A stretch of DNA of 64,000 bases from Nitrosopumilus sp. (lineage in GTDB: Archaea > Thermoproteota > Nitrososphaeria > Nitrososphaerales > Nitrosopumilaceae), in NCBI GenBank assembly GCA_965207445.1, contig CBDBLX010000002.1, positions 1,431,849-1,495,848 on the forward strand, in the 5' to 3' direction. Position numbers and translations under genes: made by a program. This document shows, in pieces, positions 36,936 to 45,817 of the stretch; the first letter of the stretch is position 1; each line of letters begins with the position of its first letter. Below the pieces are notes generated by a model. That model made no database searches. It was not told the DNA's origin and saw only the letters and a list, made by a program, of their open reading frames with translations.

Positions 36936-39035
36936 TTATTGTATAAATTCAGATATTATATTACGAATCTCATCTACCACATTTGCATCCTCAATAGTAC
37001 TTGTATCACCTATTTGTTCACCAAGTACAAGTGAGCGCAATAGTCGTCGCATGATCTTGCCACTTCGAGTCTTGGGTAATCGAGATACCACATACACCGC
37101 ACTTGGAGTCGCAATTGCACCAATATCATCACGTATTTTTTGTATGATTTCAGATTTCAACTGTGTATTAGTAGTGTGATGTGAATCATCAGTTATCTTT
37201 GGTACTGCAAATGCCACTATACTTGCACCCTTTATTTCATCAGGTATCTCACATACAGCAGATTCAGCAACATTATTGTGAGATACTATACAACTCTCAA
37301 CTTCTGCAGTACCAATACGATGCCCTGCGATTTTCAAGACATCATCGGCGCGTCCCAAAATCCACACATAGCCATCCTCATCAATACGAGCATAATCCCC
37401 AGAGTGGTACAGTCCAGGATAACGAGTCCAATATGCAGATTTGTATCGGTCATCATCATTCCACAGTGTAAGTAGCATCCCAGGCCATGGATTTCGAATT
37501 ACCAATTGTCCTCTTGTATTTACAGGCACAGATTCTCCATTATCATCAAGTATGTCAAGATCAATTCCAGGTATTGGTAGAGTAGCTGAGCCAGGTTTTA
37601 GTAAGGTGTTTTCGATTGCAGGTAATGGAGATATCAACATTCCACCAGTCTCTGTCTGCCACCACGTATCTACGATTGGGCAACGTTCTTGGCCCACTCT
37701 CTTGTGATACCACCTCCACACTTCAGGATTTATGGGCTCACCAACTGTTCCAAGTAATCGTAATGTATCAAACATTTGAGATGATGGTTGTATGGTGTTA
37801 GGATGATCATGTGTACTAGTAGCATTATCATAATTGTCAAATCTCATCAACATACGCAACAGAGTCGGTGTAGTGTAAAATATCGTAACTTTATGATCTT
37901 GTATTATCTTCCACATTCGTGTATGGTCTGGATAGTCTGGTGCCCCCTCATACATTACAGATGTGAGCCCATGCATTAGTGGAGCATATACCACATAACT
38001 GTGCCCCGTAACCCATCCGACATCAGCAGTGCAAAAGTAGACATCATTAGGTAGTGTGTGTGGCACATCTTTACCATCATTGTTTTTAGTGTTATTATCA
38101 CCACCACTATCTGCATCAGTATTACTATCTGCATCAGTATTACTATCTACATCAGTATTACTATCTGCATCAGACATTTCATTATTATTCACACCAAAAG
38201 CCCATCCAAATGTAGCATACACATGTGTCAAATATCCACCCGTTCCGTGTAAAACACCTTTTGGCTTGCCAGTTGTCCCAGAGGTATATAATATGAATAA
38301 TGGATGAGTACTCTCAAGAGGTAGTGGCTTGCATTCAGATGGCATAGCACTCATAATATCATCCCAATACTTGTCCCGAGGTATGGTCATGGGTACGTCA
38401 CGACCAGTCCGACGAAAAACTATCACATGTTCTACATCATCAATATCAGATATAGCATCATCAACTATGGACTTTAACTCTACAATCTTACCACGTCTAT
38501 ATCCACCATCAGCAGTAATTATCACCTTTGAGCCAGAATCAGACACACGATCTTTGATTGATGTAGAACTGAATCCAGAGAATATGACAGTATGAGTAGC
38601 TCCTATTCTAGCACACCCTAGCATTGCAATTACCAATTCAGGTATCATCGGCATGTATATCGTCACACGATCACCACTCCTCACACCAAGTGAACAAAGT
38701 GCATTTGCAAAACGTCGAGTCTCATTATACATATCCCCATATGTAATCACGCGGTTTGTTCCATCTTCTGCCACCCATATTATAGCAGGTTTCTCAGAGT
38801 GTTTTGGTATATGTCTGTCCACTGCATTATAACAAGCATTTGTTTTGCCACCAACAAACCATCTAGCAAAAGGAGGATTCCAATCCAGTGTATGTTCAAA
38901 TGGCTCAAACCATTCAATTCCACGTCGTGATTGTTCTGCCCAAAATGAAACTAGATCAGATAAAGCCCATTTACGAATATAATTATTATAATTATTATTA
39001 TTACTTGATTTTGTGAGATTAATACGCTCACGCAT
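36936..39035 (-). CDS. acs: AMP-forming acetyl-CoA synthetase
   Basis: ILYTSGTTGKPKG, TADVGWVTGHSY, VGEPINP, DTWWQTETGG, GRADD, LPKTRSGKIMRR. Confidence 0.95.
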   Translation of the reverse strand: MRERINLTKSSNNNNYNNYIRKWALSDLVSFWAEQSRRGIEWFEPFEHTLDWNPPFARWFVGGKTNACYNAVDRHIPKHSEKPAIIWVAEDGTNRVITYGDMYNETRRFANALCSLGVRSGDRVTIYMPMIPELVIAMLGCARIGATHTVIFSGFSSTSIKDRVSDSGSKVIITADGGYRRGKIVELKSIVDDAISDIDDVEHVIVFRRTGRDVPMTIPRDKYWDDIMSAMPSECKPLPLESTHPLFILYTSGTTGKPKGVLHGTGGYLTHVYATFGWAFGVNNNEMSDADSNTDVDSNTDADSNTDADSGGDNNTKNNDGKDVPHTLPNDVYFCTADVGWVTGHSYVVYAPLMHGLTSVMYEGAPDYPDHTRMWKIIQDHKVTIFYTTPTLLRMLMRFDNYDNATSTHDHPNTIQPSSQMFDTLRLLGTVGEPINPEVWRWYHKRVGQERCPIVDTWWQTETGGMLISPLPAIENTLLKPGSATLPIPGIDLDILDDNGESVPVNTRGQLVIRNPWPGMLLTLWNDDDRYKSAYWTRYPGLYHSGDYARIDEDGYVWILGRADDVLKIAGHRIGTAEVESCIVSHNNVAESAVCEIPDEIKGASIVAFAVPKITDDSHHTTNTQLKSEIIQKIRDDIGAIATPSAVYVVSRLPKTRSGKIMRRLLRSLVLGEQIGDTSTIEDANVVDEIRNIISEFIQ

Positions 39036-39094
39036 GTAATTGGTACATATTTACATTATCTAAATGTTAAAAAAAATATAGTGTTGGCAGTAGT

Positions 39095-40492
39095 TTATTG
39101 AGATTCCATTCTAGATAACCAGTCATCATCGTTTTTTGGTGATGATGGTGATGGTGTTGTTGTTGCTGTTGCTACAGATGGTGTTTGTGATGATTGTGTT
39201 TGTGATGGTGTTTGTGGGGCCAAATTCTTTGGGGGTTCTGGAAACACGACCTCTTCATCATGTTGCTGGACATGATCAAATGTATTTGGTGAGGGTTGTG
39301 TCTGCGGCACACCTTGCAGCTGTTGTGAAACATACGGTACCTCAATATACGAGGGCGTCTGTTGTTGCAACGGCTGTTGTTGTTGTTGTTGTTGTTGCAG
39401 GTATGATTGTGTGTTTGGCACCGAGTTGGGTTGTTGTACAATAGTGTCAGTCTCTGTTGTATGCAAATCCGATACATCTTTTGATGTATTTACATTCGAT
39501 ACATTTGCATCTGCAATTGGCGCTGTGTTTGGTGCTTTTGCATCTACTGCTGGAGTAGGCACAATCACGGGCTCTTGTGGCACATTTGTATCAACAATAG
39601 TATTGCCACTACCCTCAGCACCAGTTGCCACAGTATCGTTTGTTGTGGACTGCGTTGAGATGACATCTACATCAGAGGCTTCCACTGCCTGTGTTATAGT
39701 CTCTGAATCTGTGTTTGGTATATGATTTGGTTTCTGATCCATTAAAGGATCTTTGACATCTGCCACCTGTTGTTCCATCAAATTTGGTACACCGCTAGGT
39801 GATGATATGAGAGGTGCTTCCATAGGTGCCACTATAGATGAAGTATGTTCATCTTCAGTAGCCGTAGCACTTATCATGTCATTTACTTCTTGCACCTGAG
39901 TCTCCAATCCATCGAGTCTAGTCTTTATGTTTTTGATCTCTTTGATCTCATGAGACATGTGTTCTATCAAATTACCTGTTGATAATTTTACTGTCTCAAG
40001 AGTCTCTTCTGAAATCTCGTTGCTCTTGTATCGAATCTTTGCATCAAAGAAGAGCATTTTACTAGATCGCAGTTGATCGTCGAGTTCTTCTAGTCGTGTA
40101 TCAAGAGTCATCTTGAGGGATACTGCTAGACTTTGTAATGAGGCCAGTTTGCTACGGTATTGGTCCTGAACAATCTCCGCATCAACATGCATCTCATCAG
40201 TATCGTCTTCTGCCATAATCTCAACTAATGCTCTCAGACGACTTAGAGTGTATTTCTTCTCTCGAATTAATCTCTGCGAGTCGAGTCTCCATTGTGGAAT
40301 GTAGATGACAATGTCTTCCTGAGTCACCAGATGCTCATCAAGTATCATCTGTAACCCCTGGGTGCCGCAGTCAACACCAACTGATTTGATGGTACCATCA
40401 ATGTCAGTTATTGTTCCTACAACCTTACCCATGTAAGAGCCATAGATATTCTTGACAGATTTGCCGATGATCTCAGCATTATCATGTGTCAT
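39095..40492 (-). CDS. cdvA: Cell division protein CdvA with long low-complexity tail
   Basis: N-terminal PRC-barrel-like IIGKSVKNIYGSYMGKVVG, coiled coil with KIRYKSNEISEE, then P/Q/T-rich tail. Confidence 0.8.
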   Translation of the reverse strand: MTHDNAEIIGKSVKNIYGSYMGKVVGTITDIDGTIKSVGVDCGTQGLQMILDEHLVTQEDIVIYIPQWRLDSQRLIREKKYTLSRLRALVEIMAEDDTDEMHVDAEIVQDQYRSKLASLQSLAVSLKMTLDTRLEELDDQLRSSKMLFFDAKIRYKSNEISEETLETVKLSTGNLIEHMSHEIKEIKNIKTRLDGLETQVQEVNDMISATATEDEHTSSIVAPMEAPLISSPSGVPNLMEQQVADVKDPLMDQKPNHIPNTDSETITQAVEASDVDVISTQSTTNDTVATGAEGSGNTIVDTNVPQEPVIVPTPAVDAKAPNTAPIADANVSNVNTSKDVSDLHTTETDTIVQQPNSVPNTQSYLQQQQQQQQPLQQQTPSYIEVPYVSQQLQGVPQTQPSPNTFDHVQQHDEEVVFPEPPKNLAPQTPSQTQSSQTPSVATATTTPSPSSPKNDDDWLSRMESQ

Positions 40493-40922
40493 GTCACATA
40501 ATCATAGGTTTTGTATAACAAGTTGCGTGTAAAAAATGTTAAACCATTTTGTCAAATTACGTGTACCAAATATAGACAACAAGCACGCAATTGTGGCAAA
40601 TAGATGCAAAATTGGTGCAAAAATACTCCAAAGGTAGATTTTACACTCAAATCAATTTAGTACGTATAGTAAAATAACTTGCTCACTGTATATTTTAGGC
40701 ACATTTGATCATATTGTCACGTCTTTTTTGTTTGTTTGTTTGTTTTTTTTTTTGATGTATATAGTTCAGCATACCACCTAGAATGTATGCTGCCTATGGT
40801 ATGTACTGCCTAGGGCAATGCTGTATGTAGTTTTTTTAAAAAAGATGTAATCTCTTTGGACGCAATAATGAAATTAACGTCTGGCGCAAACACAGTTGAT
40901 GAACGATTAGAGAATGCATTGG

Positions 40923-41519
40923 TTAGTTGTGTGTTGCATATATTGTGCGCGGCTTTACATCTCCGGTTTGATATATCTCTGTTTTGAGTTGAATGTTACC
41001 GAATTCAGGATGTACCATATCAATTACAATAGGATGTACTACCCAACCATACTTTGGTACAGAATTAAATTCCACATGAGTGACAAAAAAAGGTCCCGGC
41101 ATTACCTCCCTGTATGATTGAGATAGTCCGAGTACCTCTAAATTCACAGGAATCTCTGCGCCTGTTTTATCATTAAAAGTTACAACAACAAATTTTTCTA
41201 AAGGGTGATACACTGCATCAACTGACAATGCTTTTTTTGCACCTTCAATTGAATCCTGATCATACCCAGTATTTGATGCATGCAATACAAAAGCAGTAAT
41301 AATTATCGCTGTAATTAAAAGTACAATGATAAATGCGCGTAATCTATTATAATTATATGAATTATTAATATTATTTTTACTATTATGGTTGTGATTGTGA
41401 TTGTGATTGTGATCATCATTAATACTAGCATTATTTTTATGATCGTCTAAGTGATCATTAGTATGATCACCATTATAATTATTATTCTTCAACTTTATGA
41501 CCTTGTTTTTATTTATCAT
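40923..41519 (-). CDS. Membrane-anchored hypothetical protein
   Basis: N/H-rich N-terminus, single TM, beta-rich domain (PKYGWVVHP). Confidence 0.7.
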   Translation of the reverse strand: MINKNKVIKLKNNNYNGDHTNDHLDDHKNNASINDDHNHNHNHNHNSKNNINNSYNYNRLRAFIIVLLITAIIITAFVLHASNTGYDQDSIEGAKKALSVDAVYHPLEKFVVVTFNDKTGAEIPVNLEVLGLSQSYREVMPGPFFVTHVEFNSVPKYGWVVHPIVIDMVHPEFGNIQLKTEIYQTGDVKPRTIYATHN

Positions 41520-41540
41520 TCATCATATTGTAATTACACA

Positions 41541-44318
41541 TTACTTGGAATTATCTTTTGCAAACTCAATTTTGATCCTCTTTTTCATATTATCAGATAT
41601 TTGAATTCTCTCAATTGTTTGCAAAAGTGTGCGTTCGGTTCCAGGTGTAGGGTTTGATTTGAAAAATCTTTGTATTTGAGGTATATCAGATACACAACAA
41701 GTATTTGCAAGTGATGATATAATTCTACCAAGTAGTGGATTGCCGTGCCCAACTTTGCGCGATATCTTTTTCCAGTTCTTTTGAACCCATGGCCACAATA
41801 TATCAACAGCATTTGGGTTTTCTGATACTCTAGATACAAGCAAAAAGAAATTTTGTGAGCGCACATTAGATGATAGTGCATATTGTAATGTACGCAAAAG
41901 AATATCAGTATATTGAAATTTGCACATTGCAGATACAAATCGCATCTTTTTCTCAGTAGAGTCTGCACACTCATGCATCTCAACTAGTTGTGTATACATG
42001 ACACGTGCATCAGATTTTGATTTACAATTCCATGCAGCAACTGCACACACATACTCTATCACATCAGGGGACAACACACGAGGATGCACATTATTACCAT
42101 TACGATTATTCTCAGAGAGTATTTTATAAAACTCGTAAGATTTGGCAACCACATCAGCATCACCTAGTAATCCCAATGACCATATTATAGGGCCACGTAG
42201 TAGAGACATTGCATGAGGTTCATTAGATTTAGAGTTCCATCCGGTGACTGTCTGGTGTACACGTTTGTAAAAGTTCATTGAGTGTTTCTTTATTATATGA
42301 TTAGCAGTGGGTAATCTAAATGAGAGCATGTAAAGACGAGACATATTCATGTTAATATCATGTAAAATTGCATAATCATCAATAGTATCATACATATTTA
42401 GTATCTGCAGATACTCATTTACAGTAGAGTATCCACGCACACACATTGCAAATAGATCATTTTGCAGAGCCCATAAATCAGGCATCTCAATGCTAGGTTT
42501 TTGAAGTGTTTTTGAGCTGTGTGATGATTGTGCACTAGTAGAAGCATCAAGTAATGTGAGTTTTGCAAACGATATCACACTAGACATCAAACTAGCATCA
42601 TAGTGAACTCGATAAAAACAGGTACGGCCAGGATTTGCAAGTATGACAGGTAATTTTTTGTTTGTGTTTTGTTTAGTAGATGTAATATCAATTGATGTGG
42701 TTCTAGTTGAAAATAGTATAGTGGTGATAATCTTTTTTTTGCCCAGCACTTTGAGTGAGAGTGGGATTATCCATTTTGTAGTCGTTTTTTTATCTGTGTG
42801 TAGTAATACATACTGTTCTTGTCGCGCAGATAATGCATCTTTGTGTATTTTTAGATGAACTACAGGAAAACCAGGTGTATCTAGCCACGACTTTATCATA
42901 TGAGATACAGGTTTACCAGACTTTTCTTCTATGCACTGCCACAGATCATTGCCCTTTGCATTTGCATACTTGAATTTTTTGAGATATGCAACCAATCCCC
43001 GTTTAAATGAACGCTCACCTACATAGTATTCTAGCATACGTAGTACACATCCACCCTTTTCATATGATATTGGATCAAATATCTCACGTATTTGAGATGG
43101 TGAATCAACAGGCACATCGATAGGATGTGTTGATTGTAATGAATCAAGTGCCATTGCAGTGTTCATGGCATCTGTAAGAAATTGTTTCCACAGATCCCAT
43201 TCAGGGTGCATTTTATCCAAGAGTTTTGTTGCCATAAATGTAGCAAAGCTCTCATTGAGCCACAAATCATTCCACCATTTCATGGTAACCAAATTGCCAA
43301 ACCATTGGTGTGCCAATTCATGGGATATTACCTCAGCAATTAGTTGTTTTGTGCGTGCAGATGATGTGTTCTTATCATATAACAGTAGGTTTTCTCTAAA
43401 TGTTATGGCACCCCAGTTCTCCATAGCACCTGCAGCAAAGTCAGGTATTGCGATCAAGTCTAGTTTCGGTAGCGGGTAGGGTATCTCAAAGTACGACTCA
43501 TAAAGCTCTAAGAGTTTTTGTCCGTATTTGAGTGCAAATTTTGCAAGGTCTTTTTTGATTGCACTAGTAGTTATAACGCGCAGTTTTATATCACGCTCCC
43601 TTAGACTACAAGTGGTCTGAGTAAAAGAAAACTCACCGACTCCCATGTATACCAAATATGTAGACATTAGTGGAGTGGCGTCAAAGTAAAATGTTCTATT
43701 ATTCTTTGATCTTTTGATTCTAGATGTGGGCATGTTTGATATTGCAGTGTGTTGTGCATCATATACTACAAGTTGTATTGCAAAAGTAGCCTTTGCATCA
43801 GGTATATCCCAACATGGAAATGCACGTCGTGCATCTGCTGCTTCAAATTGTGTTGTGGCAAGATGTTTTGTAATACCATTAGAATCAGTATAACTACTGC
43901 GATAAAATCCCAATAGTCTGTCATTTAGTATACCATCAAAATCCAGCCTGATTGTAGCATCTGTATTTATCTCTAGTCCAGATGGCAAACGAATTAAAAG
44001 ACGCTCTTGTGTATTATGTGTAGATATACGAGATAAAGGAATTTTGATCAGACGACTAGTAAGAGGATTGATATAATTAAATATGTTTTTGTCATATATG
44101 GGATCATCTTGCAATAATGTCAAGTCTGGTTTGTCATCAGTATTGGTCAAGAATACATAGCATGCAGTTATGGTTAATTCAGAGCAGTCTAGTTCTATTA
44201 TATTGGTAGGGTGATTGCATTTTACATGTATGTGTGCAACGCCACGAAATGTAGCTTGTTTGAGATTAGGCTCAAATCGTAGTGTATAGTGAGCAGGCCT
44301 CAGGTCATCGTATCCCAT
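41541..44318 (-). CDS. M1-family aminopeptidase (PepN/tricorn-interacting factor-like)
   Basis: TQFEAADARRAFPCWD, GAMENWG, HELAHQWFGNLVTMKWWNDLWLNE, YEKGG. Confidence 0.95.
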   Translation of the reverse strand: MGYDDLRPAHYTLRFEPNLKQATFRGVAHIHVKCNHPTNIIELDCSELTITACYVFLTNTDDKPDLTLLQDDPIYDKNIFNYINPLTSRLIKIPLSRISTHNTQERLLIRLPSGLEINTDATIRLDFDGILNDRLLGFYRSSYTDSNGITKHLATTQFEAADARRAFPCWDIPDAKATFAIQLVVYDAQHTAISNMPTSRIKRSKNNRTFYFDATPLMSTYLVYMGVGEFSFTQTTCSLRERDIKLRVITTSAIKKDLAKFALKYGQKLLELYESYFEIPYPLPKLDLIAIPDFAAGAMENWGAITFRENLLLYDKNTSSARTKQLIAEVISHELAHQWFGNLVTMKWWNDLWLNESFATFMATKLLDKMHPEWDLWKQFLTDAMNTAMALDSLQSTHPIDVPVDSPSQIREIFDPISYEKGGCVLRMLEYYVGERSFKRGLVAYLKKFKYANAKGNDLWQCIEEKSGKPVSHMIKSWLDTPGFPVVHLKIHKDALSARQEQYVLLHTDKKTTTKWIIPLSLKVLGKKKIITTILFSTRTTSIDITSTKQNTNKKLPVILANPGRTCFYRVHYDASLMSSVISFAKLTLLDASTSAQSSHSSKTLQKPSIEMPDLWALQNDLFAMCVRGYSTVNEYLQILNMYDTIDDYAILHDINMNMSRLYMLSFRLPTANHIIKKHSMNFYKRVHQTVTGWNSKSNEPHAMSLLRGPIIWSLGLLGDADVVAKSYEFYKILSENNRNGNNVHPRVLSPDVIEYVCAVAAWNCKSKSDARVMYTQLVEMHECADSTEKKMRFVSAMCKFQYTDILLRTLQYALSSNVRSQNFFLLVSRVSENPNAVDILWPWVQKNWKKISRKVGHGNPLLGRIISSLANTCCVSDIPQIQRFFKSNPTPGTERTLLQTIERIQISDNMKKRIKIEFAKDNSK

Positions 44319-44526
44319 GATCTGTTTTGAGTGAGTATTGTCTTAAGTATATTTCGTACTTTTAACAAATGTCATTATTATTATGGTGGTGGCGGGTATT
44401 GAGTTCCAAAAAGTGTAGCAAATTTTAGCCATATTTTTTACAAGATGGGTAATAGAAATAATCAGTAGTCATAAAATTTGGATGAAAAGACACTACTTGT
44501 TCATCTATTTGTTAATCTACTTGTCC

Positions 44527-44607
44527 GTAACCGTTCAACCTTTTCCCAAATTTAGGCACAAATTCACCACCTAACGTCTGGCGCAGGTACGGGGGTTGAA
44601 CGGTTAC
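44527..44607. mobile_element. MITE family B, 81 bp, with target-site duplication
   Basis: Perfect TIR GTAACCGTTCAACC / GGTTGAACGGTTAC; 9-bp direct repeat TACTTGTCC at 44518-44526 and 44608-44616. Confidence 0.9.
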
Positions 44608-44858
44608 TACTTGTCCATCTACGTAGTAATTAAAACACTGATCCAAAAGTTTTTGGTCTTTTATATCCATTTATTGTTCTTGATCTATAGATATTTGTTG
44701 ATTGTGTTTTCAATTTTTTATTTAAAAAAAATATTATACATATCCATCTATACATGTCCATCTATACATATTCATCTATACATATCCATCCACCCTATGA
44801 CACTACAACACCAAACTTTGGTATCAACCCCGATTAACTAGTTAAATTAAAACTTGAC

Positions 44859-44866
44859 TTTATAAT
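44859..44866 (+). promoter_or_regulatory. Putative TATA box for the structured RNA
   Basis: TTTATAAT ~22-29 nt upstream of the 5' strand of the closing helix at 44888, which fits archaeal spacing. Confidence 0.5.
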
Positions 44867-44887
44867 CATATAGAACTGATAAACTCT

Positions 44888-45790
44888 GACTGAAGATGTG
44901 TAGGCAGTCTACCAAACGGCAAGGTCGTGCTGAAACGAGCAGATGACGAAAAATCCGAATCCATAATAAAGGCGAGTCGTGATGATATCAAAACCAGTGA
45001 CTGTGGGTTAATTATAATGACGGCAAAAAATGTACCGGGATGCTTAAGATCCTTGGCCCATTTTTTATTAATTATTTAGTTTACAAAGTATTTATGACAT
45101 ATGGTACATTATGATCTTAATTTCTATCTAGATTTAGATGATGTTGATTTATGTCTCGTGTTGTGTAGGTAAATAGATAAAATGTACAATGCTGGTAACT
45201 AATTATGGTAAGATTAGAAGAGCTTACTGTCAGTACATATGCTAACAGATTATCATTTGATGGCCCTGTGGAAATCATAGCCGTCAAGTGGTTTGGAGAC
45301 ACTATAGATACTTACAGAATAGCACAACGTCAAAACCGACGTGCCTTATCCACGAGTGTGTGTATGTATGTGTTGGGGGTTGTTGGTGTTGGTAGTGGTA
45401 GTAGTGGTAGGGGGGGGGGGGGGGTTGGGGGAAAGGATACGATTACGATTCAGTCCCAGATGTCAAGACTAGTCTTGAGCACGAACGCATATTGTACAAA
45501 ACACCGCAACGTAACGGGCATCTTGGGATCGTCTCACCGAAGATGGGAGTTAATGTACACATGACCTTCGGAACTGGAATCGTTCAGAGTCCGAGAAGAT
45601 CATGGTGGGTGGATTTTTCGACTACAAAGCGAGTCTGCTCTGCTCAGTTATCTGATAAATGGTGGAGAGTTGGCCGAGTTTGCGGCCAAATATGGGAGGA
45701 TGACTCACGTCCGGCAGTGTCTCCATTTTACTCCAAAAAACCATCTCAATTGGGAAATGGGGATAGTAACGCATCTCACTTTGATCAGTC
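44888..45790 (+). ncRNA. Candidate ~900-nt structured non-coding RNA (family not recognised)
   Basis: End-closing helix plus nested long-range and local helices; G·U pairs work only on the + strand; no credible ORF. Details under findings. Confidence 0.6.
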
Positions 45791-45817
45791 TTGTTGGATA
45801 AATGGACGTGAAATGCA

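Noticed and set aside
44890..44940. Hammerhead ribozyme (CTGAAGA...GAAA)
   Set aside because: No stem II closing between the core motifs, and these bases fit better in the larger fold.
44945..44960. RNase P RNA or group I/II intron identity for the structured region
   Set aside because: GAGGAAAGTCC and the 3' P4 strand, group I P/Q/R/S elements and group II domain V are not recognisable; not excluded without a covariance-model search.
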